Shown here: positions 45,833 to 57,264 of the stretch, in pieces
How positions within the stretch are numbered: the stretch's first letter is position 1
Layout of the letters: each line of letters opens with the position of its first letter
Origin: Lachnospiraceae bacterium
GTDB taxonomy: Bacteria; Bacillota; Clostridia; Lachnospirales; Lachnospiraceae
Length of the DNA stretch: 64,000 nt
Assembly: GCA_015057165.1 (NCBI GenBank)
Contig: SVEY01000010.1
Coordinates: forward strand, 16,027 to 80,026
Direction: 5' to 3'
Position numbers and translations under genes: made by a program
Notes under the pieces: model-generated
Told to the model about the DNA's origin: nothing
Seen by the model: the letters and a program-made list of their open reading frames with translations, nothing else
The model's database searches: none

Positions 45833-46819
45833 CTAATACGTGCCATCGTAATAATTAGAATTACAATAGTTTGTTATATCATATTTTTTATCAAGTTTTC
45901 CTATCTTTGAAAGGAAATCTATAGTATCGTTGAGCGAATCTATATCCTTCTGACTAATCTTTACAGTGAAATTATATTTAGGCAACATAGACTTAACTTG
46001 GGATACATCAAGCCCAAGATACTTAGCCACGTATTTCCAAGTCTCATCTGATGTATTATTAATATTATCAGCGGCCTTCTTGTATTCCTTAAGAACAGTC
46101 TCAACAACCTTAGGATTTGTCTCACAATAATCCTTACGACCAATTATTGTGTTAGTTCCTTCCAGCCCACAATCAGAGCCTTGCGCTAAGATACGACAAT
46201 CACCTGCATCAACAAGCTTAGTAATGCTTGGTTCCCATAGAGAAATAGCATCAACCTGGCCATTACGAAGCATATAAGGCATATCCGCTGGTGTAGCGCT
46301 TACAAGCTCAATATCACTAAATGTAAGACCTGCTGTAGACAGATACTTATCTACCATATTATGGCCTGTACTACCCATGTTAGTTGCAACCCTCTTACCC
46401 TTAAGGTCAGCGGCAGATCTAATAGGAGAATCCTTGAGAACAACTATGGCATAAGAATCAGCTGCTTGAGCTGTAATACCAACTACTTCCCTGACACATC
46501 CCTGCTCTATAGCTGATACAGTTGGCACATCACCATATAGACAAAGATCAGTCTCACCCTTTCCAATTGAAGTATTCATTGGCGGACCAGATTCAAAATC
46601 ATACCACACAACGCTTACGCCCTGTTCCTTAAGGGCTTTTTCCAAATCGCCTGTCTGTCGTGTAATCATCATTGGAATAAATGCGGCAGACGGTTGAAGC
46701 GCTATACATACCATGTTAGTCGCTTGACCATTCTTGACTTTGTCAGAATTGCCACATCCTGTTAGAAGACCTAATGCTAGAATAGTTATCATAACAAGTG
46801 TTAATATTTTCTTCTTCAT
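45833..46819 (-). CDS. Lipoprotein, NMT1/SsuA-like ABC-type substrate-binding protein
   Basis: Lipobox LLTGCG. NMT1/THI5-like fold pattern. ATG at 46819 behind an AGGGGGA RBS. It ends 12 nt upstream of the chemoreceptor gene, and there is no permease. Confidence 0.7.
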   Translation of the reverse strand: MKKKILTLVMITILALGLLTGCGNSDKVKNGQATNMVCIALQPSAAFIPMMITRQTGDLEKALKEQGVSVVWYDFESGPPMNTSIGKGETDLCLYGDVPTVSAIEQGCVREVVGITAQAADSYAIVVLKDSPIRSAADLKGKRVATNMGSTGHNMVDKYLSTAGLTFSDIELVSATPADMPYMLRNGQVDAISLWEPSITKLVDAGDCRILAQGSDCGLEGTNTIIGRKDYCETNPKVVETVLKEYKKAADNINNTSDETWKYVAKYLGLDVSQVKSMLPKYNFTVKISQKDIDSLNDTIDFLSKIGKLDKKYDITNYCNSNYYDGTY

Positions 46820-47194
46820 AATTTCCCCCTTTTTGCAATTTACTCTACACATTATATTAATTAGCAGATTATGTCATACCATAGATAAAATTATATTCTA
46901 TTCTTCATCAAAATACAACAAAAAAGTACTTATGTTGATTATTTTAACTTTTATTTATTTCACTTTTTTTTCACTGACATATCACAAATTGTCCACAATT
47001 AAGATTTATTATAATAATGTACTAGCCAACAAGGCTATTATTTCATAACTAAGCTCTAGAGTCTGACTCTAGAGCACTCCCCGATAATTCTCTAATTACC
47101 AAGGGTTTTTAGATTATTATATATAACATTTTTCTCCTCTTTCACAGTAGAGAAAGACTAAACAATCTACTGAACATAACACATTTTTTACAGC

Positions 47195-47224
47195 AAGAGC
47201 CTTCGGATAATTCCGAAGGCTCTT
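47195..47224. terminator. Hairpin downstream of uvrA; possible terminator with a weak U-tract
   Basis: 13-bp stem AAGAGCCTTCGGA/TCCGAAGGCTCTT with a 4-nt loop. Confidence 0.4.
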
Positions 47225-47240
47225 GTGGTTTATATTATCT

Positions 47241-50066
47241 TTACTTCAAAACTTTCTTCAAAAACATCCCAGTGTAACTCTTCTTATGCTTAGCTACTTC
47301 TTCAGGCGTTCCTGTTGCCACGATAGTTCCACCACCATCTCCACCTTCTGGGCCAAGGTCAATAATATAGTCGGCAGTCTTAATTACATCTAAATTATGT
47401 TCAATTACCACAACTGTGTTACCATTGTCCGAAAGCTTACGGAGTATATCTACAAGCTTATTGACATCTTCAAAATGAAGTCCTGTTGTCGGCTCATCTA
47501 AGATGTAAATCGTCTTGCCAGTACCACGCTTACTTAGCTCAGTCGCAAGCTTGATTCGCTGGGCTTCACCGCCTGACAGAGTTGTAGAAGGCTGTCCAAG
47601 TTTAATATACGAGAGACCAACATCATAAAGAGTCTGTATCTTTCTATGAATAGAAGGAACATTTTCGAAAAATCCCAATGCCTCTTCAACAGTCATATCA
47701 AGAACATCATATATAGTCTTACCCTTGTACTTCACCTCTAAAGTCTCTCTATTATATCTCTTACCGTTACACACCTCACATGGAATATATACATCTGGAA
47801 GAAAATGCATCTCAATCTTGACAATTCCATCTCCAGAACACGCTTCACAACGTCCACCTTTAACATTAAAACTAAAGCGTCCTTTCTTATAACCACGTTC
47901 CTTAGCATCAGGTGTAGCGGTGAACAAATCCCTTATTGAATCAAACACACCTGTATAGGTTGCCGGATTACTTCTTGGAGTTCTTCCAATTGGTGACTGA
48001 TCAATATCAATTATTTTATCAAGCTGCTCTATTCCTTCAATCTTCTTATGCTTTCCCGGAATCTTGTGGGCACGATTAAGAGAACGGGCAAGGCTCTTAT
48101 AGAGAATCTCATTAATGAGAGAACTTTTACCAGAACCTGATACACCTGTTACGCAAGTCATAATTCCAAGAGGAATCTCCACGTCAACATCCTTAAGATT
48201 ATTCTCTTTTGCTCCGATAACTTTGAGATACCCTGTTGGCTCTCTTCGCTTAGATGGAATCGGCACAAATCTCTCACCCGATAGATACTGTCCCGTTATT
48301 GACTCAGGACATTTCATAATTTCTTCAGCATTTCCTATCGCAACCACTTCGCCGCCATGACTTCCTGCACGAGGTCCTATATCAACAATACAATCTGCCG
48401 CCCTCATAGTATCTTCATCATGTTCAACAACAAGAAGTGTATTGCCAAGGTCTCTAAGTCCCTTAAGAGACGCAAGAAGTTTCTCATTATCTCTCTGATG
48501 TAATCCAATGCTGGGCTCATCTAAGATATAGGCAACACCTACGAGACCTGACCCTATCTGGGTAGCAAGTCTGATGCGTTGTGCTTCTCCTCCGGAAAGG
48601 GAACCTGTGGCACGGGCAAGATTAAGATAATCAAGTCCAACATCATTAAGGAATCCCACTCTTCCTTTAATCTCTTTAATAATCTGATGTCCAATCTTCT
48701 CCTGCTGTGATGTTAATCTCATATTGTTAAAATACTCAACCAGATCCCTAATTGGTATAGTAGTAAGTTCATAAATATTCTTATCATCCACTGTAACAGC
48801 AAGAGATTCTTTCTTAAGACGCTGCCCTTTACATACTGGACAATTAGTTACTGTCATATACTCTTCATATTCTTTCTTAGTATATTCTGAGTGAGTCTCT
48901 CTATATCTTCTATTAACATTTTCAACAAGCCCTTCAAATGTTATATCGTATACACCAGTCCCACGCTGTCCCGTATAATGAACAGGCACACTTTTGTCTG
49001 TTCCAAATACAATTATATTCCTTACTTCTTCGCTTAACTCTTCATATGGTGTGTCAAGACTAAAATTATATTCTTTTGAAAGAGCAACTAGAAGCTGATG
49101 CGTAAAACTATCTTCCTTACTAGAAGACTGCCATCCCATCACTTTGATACATCCTTCATTAATACTAAGGCTCTTATCAGGAATCATTAATTCCTCACTA
49201 AACTCCATTTTAAATCCAAGGCCAAAGCATTCCGGACATGCTCCAAATGGGTTATTGAAAGAAAAGCTTCTAGGCTCAATCTCGTCAATACTAATACCAC
49301 AGTCCGGACACGAAAAGCTCTCTGAGAATCTCAGTGGCTCTTCTCCAATCACATCTACTATAAGAAGTCCATTAGCAAGCTTAAGTACATTTTCAATAGA
49401 ATCAGTAAGACGTTTCTCTATTCCTTCTTTAACAACAAGTCTGTCAACAACAATCTCTATGTTATGCTTAATATTCTTATCAAGCTTTATTTCTTCTTCA
49501 AGTTCATACTGACTCCCATCAACAATCACACGAACGTATCCGCTTTTTCTAGCTTTAGCAAATAGCTTCTCATGCTCACCTTTACGACCTCTGACAACAG
49601 GAGCTAAGAGCTGAACCTTCGTCCTCTCTGGAAGAGCCATTATCACGTCAACCATCTGGTCAACTGTCTGCCTCTTAATCTCCTTGCCGCATTTCGGACA
49701 ATGAGGTATTCCAATTCTTGCATACAATAATCTTAGATAATCATATACTTCCGTAACTGTTCCAACAGTAGAACGGGGATTGTGATTAGTCGACTTCTGG
49801 TCAATTGAAATTGCAGGTGGAAGACCTTCTATCTTCTCAACGTTTGGCTTCTCCATCTGTCCAAGAAACTGTCTCGCATAGCTAGACAAAGACTCCATGT
49901 ACCTTCTCTGACCTTCTGCAAATATTGTATCAAACGCCAAAGAAGACTTGCCAGATCCTGACAAGCCTGTCAATACCACAAATTCATCTCTTGGAATATC
50001 AAGTGATATATCTTTTAGGTTATGTTCTTTTGCTCCCTTAATTCTTATATATTTTCTCTTGTCCAT
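47241..50066 (-). CDS. uvrA: Excinuclease ABC subunit A
   Basis: 941 aa with two ABC modules ([18 protein letters not shown]) and zinc-finger CxxC pairs. Confidence 0.98.
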   Translation of the reverse strand: MDKRKYIRIKGAKEHNLKDISLDIPRDEFVVLTGLSGSGKSSLAFDTIFAEGQRRYMESLSSYARQFLGQMEKPNVEKIEGLPPAISIDQKSTNHNPRSTVGTVTEVYDYLRLLYARIGIPHCPKCGKEIKRQTVDQMVDVIMALPERTKVQLLAPVVRGRKGEHEKLFAKARKSGYVRVIVDGSQYELEEEIKLDKNIKHNIEIVVDRLVVKEGIEKRLTDSIENVLKLANGLLIVDVIGEEPLRFSESFSCPDCGISIDEIEPRSFSFNNPFGACPECFGLGFKMEFSEELMIPDKSLSINEGCIKVMGWQSSSKEDSFTHQLLVALSKEYNFSLDTPYEELSEEVRNIIVFGTDKSVPVHYTGQRGTGVYDITFEGLVENVNRRYRETHSEYTKKEYEEYMTVTNCPVCKGQRLKKESLAVTVDDKNIYELTTIPIRDLVEYFNNMRLTSQQEKIGHQIIKEIKGRVGFLNDVGLDYLNLARATGSLSGGEAQRIRLATQIGSGLVGVAYILDEPSIGLHQRDNEKLLASLKGLRDLGNTLLVVEHDEDTMRAADCIVDIGPRAGSHGGEVVAIGNAEEIMKCPESITGQYLSGERFVPIPSKRREPTGYLKVIGAKENNLKDVDVEIPLGIMTCVTGVSGSGKSSLINEILYKSLARSLNRAHKIPGKHKKIEGIEQLDKIIDIDQSPIGRTPRSNPATYTGVFDSIRDLFTATPDAKERGYKKGRFSFNVKGGRCEACSGDGIVKIEMHFLPDVYIPCEVCNGKRYNRETLEVKYKGKTIYDVLDMTVEEALGFFENVPSIHRKIQTLYDVGLSYIKLGQPSTTLSGGEAQRIKLATELSKRGTGKTIYILDEPTTGLHFEDVNKLVDILRKLSDNGNTVVVIEHNLDVIKTADYIIDLGPEGGDGGGTIVATGTPEEVAKHKKSYTGMFLKKVLK

Positions 50067-50094
50067 AACGCCACCATAATTCTATTAATCACAT

Positions 50095-51099
50095 CTACCA
50101 CTCGCTAGATATTACTTCCGCCTTCTTATCACGTGTCATCAAACTCTGTACCATTGATCGTACAGTTGCACCTTCAAACAATGCCTTATTAACCTGTTCT
50201 ATAATAGGAAGTTCTACATTATATTTCGCTCCAAGCTTAAGTACCGCTTCTGCAGAATATACCCCTTCTACAACCATATTAACCTTGTCCATAGCTTCTT
50301 CTCTTGTACAACCTTGTCCCATATAGAAACCAGCCATACGATTACGACTATGAAGACTTTGGCAAGTAACAATCAAATCTCCTATTCCCGTAAGTCCATT
50401 AAGTGTTCTTCTATTTGCACCCATAGCAAGAGCAAGATCTGTAATCTCTTTGATTCCTCTTGTGATAAGTGCCGCCTTGGCATTGTCACCGAAGCCTATT
50501 CCATCTGACATACCTGCTGCAAGAGCAATAACATTCTTACTTGCTCCGCCAATCTCAATTCCAACTACATCAGGTGATGTATATACTCTGAAATTCTCAT
50601 TCATAAATACTTCCTGAAGCATTAGTGCAAAATCCTTGTCATGAGAACCACATACAACAAGAGTAGGCATTCTGTTAACAACTTCCTCTGCATGACTAGG
50701 TCCACTTAACACTCCTACTTTAACGTCAGACATAACATCTTCTATAATCTCAGATTGAGTAAATAAAGTATCTCTCTCAATTCCTTTAGATACAGATACT
50801 ATTCCCTGATTCTTCTTTATGTAAGGCCTCATATCTTCTAATGTCTGCCTTGTTGCTTTAGATGGGACTGCAAGAACAAGCACCTCATTATGTGATACAA
50901 CATTTTCCATATCTGCTGTAAAATTTAATTTGTCGGGAAGAACTACTCCTGGTAATTTCGAACTATTAATCCTTGTATCATTAAGTTCATCTATCTGAGA
51001 CTGACGATAAGACCATAGAGTCACATCATGTCCATTATCACATAGCACTGTGGCAAGAGCTGTTCCCCAGCTTCCTGCACCTATCACACCTATATTCAT
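50095..51099 (-). CDS. gpsA: NAD(P)H-dependent glycerol-3-phosphate dehydrogenase
   Basis: 334 aa. IGAGSWGTALA and ...KGIE... motifs. Confidence 0.93.
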   Translation of the reverse strand: MNIGVIGAGSWGTALATVLCDNGHDVTLWSYRQSQIDELNDTRINSSKLPGVVLPDKLNFTADMENVVSHNEVLVLAVPSKATRQTLEDMRPYIKKNQGIVSVSKGIERDTLFTQSEIIEDVMSDVKVGVLSGPSHAEEVVNRMPTLVVCGSHDKDFALMLQEVFMNENFRVYTSPDVVGIEIGGASKNVIALAAGMSDGIGFGDNAKAALITRGIKEITDLALAMGANRRTLNGLTGIGDLIVTCQSLHSRNRMAGFYMGQGCTREEAMDKVNMVVEGVYSAEAVLKLGAKYNVELPIIEQVNKALFEGATVRSMVQSLMTRDKKAEVISSEW

Positions 51100-51137
51100 A
51101 TTTCTCTCCAGATTATGATATTTTAGTCCTTTTCAAC

Positions 51138-52700
51138 CTACGCATTATCTGCTTCTTTTAATGGCTTCTTTCCTGCAACTTCATCAAATACATCTGTTAC
51201 TTCTTTTGATGGTGGCGCAGTAAGAAGGGACACAACTACAATAAATATACTACTTATAATAAATGCAGGAAGTAATTCATATAAATCAAATGCACCACCT
51301 ATAGGTCTTACAAGAAACTTCCATACAAATATCATTATAATACCTGAAAGCATTCCAGCCAGAGCTCCCCACTTATTAGTTCTTCTCCAGAATAATGAGA
51401 ATAACATAATTGGGCCAAATGTAGCTCCAAATCCTGCCCATGCAAAACTTACTATCTTAAACACTGAGTTCTCAGGATTCCAAGCAATAATTATTCCAAT
51501 TATTGCTATTATAACAACAGTAAGTCTGGCTACTCCTAACTTCTGCTTGTCGTTTAATCTTACATCAAACACATCAATCATAATATTCTGAGACACGCTG
51601 GAACTTGCGGCAAGAAGCTGTGAATCAGAAGTCGACATCGTACATGCTAATATACCAGCTAGTATAAGACCAGCAGCAAGAGCCGGTACTACACCTTTTT
51701 GACTAAGTAATGTCGAAATTGTAATTATTGATGTCTCAGCATCTGATGTTGTCTCAAAAAATGGTATCTCACCTTTAACAGTCATTGCGTAAGCAATAAT
51801 TCCAATAAATATTGCAACTGCCATAGATATTACAACCCATACAGATGCTATTCTTCTAGATACTTTAATCTTATTCTCGTCTTTTACTGCCATAAAGCGA
51901 AGTAAAATATGTGGCATACCGAAATATCCAAGTCCCCATGCAAGAGTAGATGCAATAGTAAGAATACCATATGATGATGATTCTTTTGTGACCACATTAC
52001 CCATTTCTGTCATACTAAGATACCCTGGAATTGAAGCCGCATTTTCCATAACAGCATCAAGACCGCCTGCCACATTAACACCAAATATAACAACCACGAT
52101 TAACGCAATTGTCATAACTATACTCTGTATTAAATCAGTAAAGCTGGCTGCAAGAAAACCGCCAAGCATAGTATATAGAACAATTACCACTGCACTAACA
52201 ATCATAGCAGGAAGGTAATCCACTCCAAAAAGTGTTGAAAATAGCTTTCCACAGGCTGCAAATCCACTTCCTGTGTATGGAACAAAGAACACAAAAATAG
52301 CAAGAGCCGCAATACCAAGAAGTGTTGACTTGTTATCTCCAAATCTATTCTTGAAAAACTCAGGAATTGTTATAGCATTTCCTGCGGTCTGCGAGTATCT
52401 ACGAAGTCTCTTGGCAACAATAAGCCAGTTAACATAAGTGCCAATTGCAAGACCAATGGCTGTCCACCCCGCATCTGCAATACCACTTATATATGCCACT
52501 CCAGGAAGCCCCATAAGAAGCCAGCTACTCATATCTGATGCCTCAGCACTCATTGCCGTTACTATAGGCCCCAGTTTTCTGCCACCAAGATAGAAATCAT
52601 CTGTGTTCTTATTCTTCTTGGTAAAATGAATTCCAATACCGATAATCACCGCCATATATAGAACGATAACTATACTTATACATATAATAGATGTTGTCAT
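51138..52700 (-). CDS. putP: Sodium:solute (proline) symporter, PutP-like
   Basis: SSF-family motifs (..DFYLGGRKLGP.., ..GLPG..) and about 13 TM segments. ATG at 52700 behind a GGAGAG RBS. Confidence 0.8.
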   Translation of the reverse strand: MTTSIICISIVIVLYMAVIIGIGIHFTKKNKNTDDFYLGGRKLGPIVTAMSAEASDMSSWLLMGLPGVAYISGIADAGWTAIGLAIGTYVNWLIVAKRLRRYSQTAGNAITIPEFFKNRFGDNKSTLLGIAALAIFVFFVPYTGSGFAACGKLFSTLFGVDYLPAMIVSAVVIVLYTMLGGFLAASFTDLIQSIVMTIALIVVVIFGVNVAGGLDAVMENAASIPGYLSMTEMGNVVTKESSSYGILTIASTLAWGLGYFGMPHILLRFMAVKDENKIKVSRRIASVWVVISMAVAIFIGIIAYAMTVKGEIPFFETTSDAETSIITISTLLSQKGVVPALAAGLILAGILACTMSTSDSQLLAASSSVSQNIMIDVFDVRLNDKQKLGVARLTVVIIAIIGIIIAWNPENSVFKIVSFAWAGFGATFGPIMLFSLFWRRTNKWGALAGMLSGIIMIFVWKFLVRPIGGAFDLYELLPAFIISSIFIVVVSLLTAPPSKEVTDVFDEVAGKKPLKEADNA

Positions 52701-52865
52701 TTTCTCTCCTCTTTTCTGCTTTTTTACTTTAAATAGGCATTTCAATACTTTACCACTATATTAGGAAAAATGCAATTTTCACTAGCACTAATATCCCACA
52801 AATGTTAATTATTTCTTGACACCATATAGTTAAAAGTTCTATACTCTCTCATGTAAACAAAAAAC

Positions 52866-52995
52866 AACGGGGAGCTAGTTGACTAGCTGAGAGTAGATTG
52901 TGAATCTAGACCCATAACCTGATTTAGGTAATGCTAACGTAGGGATATAATGTGATTCAACTAGCAGATAGTCCTCGTTGGCTGTCTGTTTTTTA
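52866..52995 (+). promoter_or_regulatory. TPP (THI-box) riboswitch with an intrinsic terminator
   Basis: Aptamer consensus blocks are present: GGGGAGC...CTGAGA...ACCC.TAACCTGAT.TAGGTAATGCTAACGTAGGGA. The terminator stem pairs 52964-52971 with 52982-52989, followed by T6. A TTGACA-N18-TATACT promoter lies at 52816-52845. Confidence 0.88.
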
Positions 52996-53066
52996 TTACA
53001 ATGCGGTACATCGGGGGCACCACTTTGTATCGCTATATAAAATTAATGTACAATACGGAGGTAATT

Positions 53067-53849
53067 ATGTATACAGCATTAACAATCGCAGGCTCAGATT
53101 CCTGCGGAGGCGCCGGCATTCAGGCTGATATCAAGACAATGACAGCAATGGGAGTCTATGCAAGTTGCTGCATTTGTGCGATTACAGTGCAGAATACAAC
53201 CGGTGTCCAAGGAATACTAGAAGTAGAGGAGGGCTTTGTAAAGGAACAACTTGACTCGGTTTTTAGTGATATCTTTCCTGATGCGGTCAAGATAGGTATG
53301 CTATCTAATTCTAAAATTATAGAAGCAGTAAGGGACAGACTTGACTTCTATAATGCCAAGAATGTAGTAGTTGATCCTGTCATGGTCTCCACAAGTGGTC
53401 ACAAGCTTTTGGCGGACGAAGCAATTACAACTTTAAAAAACAAACTATTAAAGGAAGGAACAGTTACAACACCTAATATTCCAGAAGCCGAAGTCTTAAG
53501 TGGAATTACAATACAATCCTCAGAAGATATGGTTAATGCAGCTAAGATTATACATGAACGTTACGGATGTACTGTATTAGTTAAAGGTGGTCACGGCATA
53601 GATGATACTGCAAGAGATTATCTATATAACGATAATATCTCAAGATGGTATGAAAGCAATAGAGTTGACACTGAAAACACTCACGGTACAGGATGTACAT
53701 TAAGCTCAGCTATTGCCTCAGGCCTTGCAAAAGGAGAATCAATAGAACTTGCGGTAGAAAATGCAAAATCATATCTCCAAGGCGCTCTTGAAGCAAAACT
53801 TAACCTTGGCAAAGGTAATGGTCCAATCGACCATTTATGGAAAATGTAA
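53067..53849 (+). CDS. thiD: Hydroxymethylpyrimidine/phosphomethylpyrimidine kinase
   Basis: ALTIAGSDSCGGAGIQADIKT... and ..KGGH.. motifs. ATG at 53067 behind a GGAGG RBS. Confidence 0.92.
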   Translation: MYTALTIAGSDSCGGAGIQADIKTMTAMGVYASCCICAITVQNTTGVQGILEVEEGFVKEQLDSVFSDIFPDAVKIGMLSNSKIIEAVRDRLDFYNAKNVVVDPVMVSTSGHKLLADEAITTLKNKLLKEGTVTTPNIPEAEVLSGITIQSSEDMVNAAKIIHERYGCTVLVKGGHGIDDTARDYLYNDNISRWYESNRVDTENTHGTGCTLSSAIASGLAKGESIELAVENAKSYLQGALEAKLNLGKGNGPIDHLWKM

Positions 53850-53875
53850 CCCTCTCCTTCCAAAAGGAGAAAAAA

Positions 53876-54382
53876 ATGAATAAGAACTTAAAAAAACTTA
53901 TCCTAGCAGCTATTTTTGCAGGACTAGCAGTGGTAGGCTCAATGGTATCAATCCCTGTATTTGGTTCTAAATGTGCACCAATACAACATATTGTAAATGT
54001 TATGTGTGCAATATTCTTAGGACCATGGTACGGTCTTGGATGTGCATTTGTAGCAAGTCTAATCAGAAACTTTGTAGGACTTGGAACCCTTCTTGCATTC
54101 CCAGGTAGTATGTGTGGTGCTTTACTTTCAGGTTTACTCTACAAGTATATCAAGAAACGTTGGGCAGCATATGGTGGCGAAGTATTCGGAACAGCTGTAA
54201 TCGGCGGTTTACTTGCTTATCCATTCGCAAGTCTCATTATGGGAAATGCCGAAGCAACTCTTTTTACTTACGTAATACCATTCCTCATTAGTACTGCAGG
54301 CGGAACAATTATCGCAATAATTATAATTGAGATACTATCTGCATCAGGCGTACTAAAGAAACTACAGGACATGCTTAATTAA
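53876..54382 (+). CDS. thiW: ECF-type S-component-like thiazole/thiamine-precursor transporter ThiW
   Basis: About 168 aa with 5-6 TM segments. It lies in the thi operon between thiD and thiC. Motif ..[17 protein letters not shown]... Confidence 0.7.
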   Translation: MNKNLKKLILAAIFAGLAVVGSMVSIPVFGSKCAPIQHIVNVMCAIFLGPWYGLGCAFVASLIRNFVGLGTLLAFPGSMCGALLSGLLYKYIKKRWAAYGGEVFGTAVIGGLLAYPFASLIMGNAEATLFTYVIPFLISTAGGTIIAIIIIEILSASGVLKKLQDMLN

Positions 54383-54474
54383 CATCACACATAGTCCATC
54401 TAGTTGCAGGGATACATCGGTGTAGCCGCAGGCACTTCACCGATGTGCACCATGCCTGCGACAAGGAAATATAT

Positions 54475-55782
54475 ATGAATTACACAACTCAAATGAACGC
54501 AGCAAGAAAAGGAATTGTAACAAAAGAAATAGAATCTGTTGCCAAGAAAGAAAATATGGATGTTAACAAGTTAGTACAACTTGTTGCTGAAGGTAAAGTA
54601 GCAATCCCCGCTAACAAAAAGCATACATGTATTAATCCAGAAGGAATAGGCAGTATGCTTAGAACAAAAATCAATGTCAACCTGGGTGTCTCTAGAGATT
54701 GTAAAGACTATGATCTAGAAATGAAAAAGGTACTTAGCGCAGTCGACATGGGAGCTGAAGCTATTATGGATTTGTCCAGCCATGGGGATACAGAACCATT
54801 TAGGAAAAAGCTTACTTCAGAATGTCCTGCTATGATAGGAACTGTTCCTGTATACGACTCTGTCATTCATTACAAAAGAGACCTTGCAACACTTACTGCT
54901 AAGGATTTCATTGATGTAATCAAACTTCATGCAGAGAACGGAGTTGACTTCGTTACTCTTCACTGCGGAATCACAAGAAAAACTATTGATCAAATAAGAA
55001 ACCACAAGAGAAAAATGAATATAGTCAGTCGAGGTGGTTCACTAGTATTTGCATGGATGTCCATGACTGGTGAAGAGAATCCATTCTATGAATACTATGA
55101 CGAGATATTGGATATATGTGAAGAATACGATGTCACAATTTCCCTTGGAGATGCCTGTAGACCAGGATGTCTTGCTGACGCAACAGATGTATGTCAGATA
55201 GACGAACTTGTAAGACTCGGCGAACTTACAAAACGAGCATGGGATCACAATGTACAGGTAATGGTTGAAGGTCCAGGACACGTTCCTCTTGACCAAATCG
55301 CTGCAAATATGAAAGTACAGCAAACAATTTGTATGGGAGCACCATTCTATGTACTAGGTCCTCTTGTAACAGACATTGCACCTGGATATGATCATATAAC
55401 ATCAGCAATTGGCGGTGCTGTTGCTGCTATGAGCGGTGCAGCTTTTCTATGTTATGTAACCCCTGCAGAACATCTTGCTCTTCCTAACTTAGATGATGTA
55501 AAGCAAGGTATTATAGCATCAAAAATCGCAGCACACGCAGCTGATATTGCCAAGGGAATCCCTGGTGCAAGAGACATAGATGATAAAATGGCAGATGCAA
55601 GACGCGCACTGGATTGGGATAAGCAATTCAAATGCGCCATAGATCCAGAAACTGCCAAGAGAATCCGAGACGATAGAGCTCCAGAAGATGACCACTCAGA
55701 CACATGCTCTATGTGTGGCAAATTCTGCGCAGTAAGAAGTATGAACAAAGCTTTAGAAGGTGAATATATTGATATCTTATAA
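54475..55782 (+). CDS. thiC: Phosphomethylpyrimidine synthase
   Basis: 435 aa with the radical-SAM C-terminal motif CSMCGKFCA and conserved blocks GTVPVY and VEGPGHVPL. Confidence 0.97.
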   Translation: MNYTTQMNAARKGIVTKEIESVAKKENMDVNKLVQLVAEGKVAIPANKKHTCINPEGIGSMLRTKINVNLGVSRDCKDYDLEMKKVLSAVDMGAEAIMDLSSHGDTEPFRKKLTSECPAMIGTVPVYDSVIHYKRDLATLTAKDFIDVIKLHAENGVDFVTLHCGITRKTIDQIRNHKRKMNIVSRGGSLVFAWMSMTGEENPFYEYYDEILDICEEYDVTISLGDACRPGCLADATDVCQIDELVRLGELTKRAWDHNVQVMVEGPGHVPLDQIAANMKVQQTICMGAPFYVLGPLVTDIAPGYDHITSAIGGAVAAMSGAAFLCYVTPAEHLALPNLDDVKQGIIASKIAAHAADIAKGIPGARDIDDKMADARRALDWDKQFKCAIDPETAKRIRDDRAPEDDHSDTCSMCGKFCAVRSMNKALEGEYIDIL

Positions 55783-57121
55783 ATTATATGCAATAACAGA
55801 TAGAGGCTGGCTTGAAGAAGGTGAAGAACTAAAGGATGCTGTAGAACAGGCAATACTTGGTGGCGCAACAATAGTTCAATTACGTGAAAAATCGCTTGAA
55901 TATAACGAACTCAAAGAACTTGCCTTATGCATACAGGAAGTATGTAATAATTATAACGTTCCTTTTATTGTAAATGACAATGTTGAACTGGCTTGCGAAA
56001 TAGATGCAGATGGCGTTCATCTTGGAGCAGAAGATATGTCCATTAAAAAGGCCAGGTCTGTTCTTGGTTCTAACAAGATAATCGGTGCTACTGCAAAGAC
56101 AGTTGAACAAGCACTATTAGCAGAGAAAGCAGGTGCAAATTACATAGGAAGTGGAGCAGTATTTGGTTCTGATACAAAAACTGATGCAACGAATCTCAGC
56201 ATTGATTCTCTTAACGAAATATGTAACAGTGTATCAATCCCTGTTGTTGCAATTGGTGGTATTAATGCCTACAATGTATCTGCATTACGTGGCTCATCTA
56301 TAAGCGGTGTATCTGTTGTATCAGGAATATTTGCAAGAAAAAACAAGACAAAAGCCTGCCGTGATATACTAGGAAATCTATATGGCCGGCCTGTTGTAGA
56401 ATGTATAACTAATCATGTTACAACCAATGAAGTGGCTAATACTGTATTAGCATTTGGTGCATCTCCAATTATGGCTCATAACATAAATGAAGTTGAGGAG
56501 GTTCAATCTAGTGCTAATGGTCTCCTACTTAATCTGGGTGCAACAGATGATTATGAGGCAATGAAAAAGGCTTACGCTGTTGCTAATAAGCAAAACCATA
56601 TAACCGTAATTGATCCAGTAGGTGTTTCAGGAATAACATATAGACGGGATTTTCTTAAGGAGTTACTTGCTACCAGCTCCCCAACCTGCATTCGTGGAAA
56701 TGCATCAGAAATACTTGCCATATATGAAGGTCAAAACGTAACAGCCGGATTAGATGGAAGTATTGATAATACTAACATAAAAGCAGTTACTCAATCCTTG
56801 GCAAATAGCTTAAATACAATAATTGTTGCATCTGGGGTTACAGATATAATAAGCGACGGAAAATGTGTATATGAGATTTCATCTGGTCACGCAATGCAAA
56901 AGAGTCTAACTGGCTCTGGATGCATGTTGAGTGCATGTATATGTAGCGCTCTAATCGTAAGTAATATTAATTACACAGACGTTGATGATAAGAACATAAC
57001 AGTAGTAAAAAGTGCTTGTCAAGAGATGGGAGATGCTGCATATAGAGCCGCTGAATATATTCTTTCTAACAACCTGGGAATATATAGTTTTCAGACAAGA
57101 TTATTCGATGAATTAGTATAA
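55760..57121 (+). CDS. Bifunctional thiamine-phosphate synthase (ThiE) / hydroxyethylthiazole kinase (ThiM) fusion
   Basis: N-terminal half: LYAITDR..VQLREK..VHLGAED..GGI (ThiE). C-terminal half: [26 protein letters not shown]...GSGCMLS (ThiM). No in-frame ATG is available. The start is GTG at 55760 or TTG at 55769, overlapping the thiC stop. Confidence 0.85.
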   Translation: MNILISYKLYAITDRGWLEEGEELKDAVEQAILGGATIVQLREKSLEYNELKELALCIQEVCNNYNVPFIVNDNVELACEIDADGVHLGAEDMSIKKARSVLGSNKIIGATAKTVEQALLAEKAGANYIGSGAVFGSDTKTDATNLSIDSLNEICNSVSIPVVAIGGINAYNVSALRGSSISGVSVVSGIFARKNKTKACRDILGNLYGRPVVECITNHVTTNEVANTVLAFGASPIMAHNINEVEEVQSSANGLLLNLGATDDYEAMKKAYAVANKQNHITVIDPVGVSGITYRRDFLKELLATSSPTCIRGNASEILAIYEGQNVTAGLDGSIDNTNIKAVTQSLANSLNTIIVASGVTDIISDGKCVYEISSGHAMQKSLTGSGCMLSACICSALIVSNINYTDVDDKNITVVKSACQEMGDAAYRAAEYILSNNLGIYSFQTRLFDELV

Positions 57122-57264
57122 TTTAATATAATAGAAAATCCTTATTATTCTTTTATCTTTGGCAAATATTTATCAAATATGTTTAATTTTTGACAATTGT
57201 TGCATAATTAATTAAAAGGTTTTACAATGTATTTTGATAGCAAAATTAGGAAGGAGATTACAAA

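Noticed and set aside
46734-47048. 104-aa plus-strand ORF in the AT-rich region upstream of the binding-protein/chemoreceptor operon
   Set aside because: Its first third is antisense to the lipoprotein signal peptide. The rest runs through promoter DNA that is AT-rich and poly-T-rich. There is no RBS, and the composition is implausible (Ile/Phe/Leu/Tyr-rich).
47053-47095. CCCGATAAT, resembling a sigma-28 (-10 GCCGATAA) flagellar promoter, next to the perfect hairpin GCTCTAGAG-tctga-CTCTAGAGC
   Set aside because: No TAAA-type -35 lies at the right distance. The orientation is plus strand, with no plus-strand gene downstream (uvrA is on the minus strand). The hairpin alone is unremarkable.
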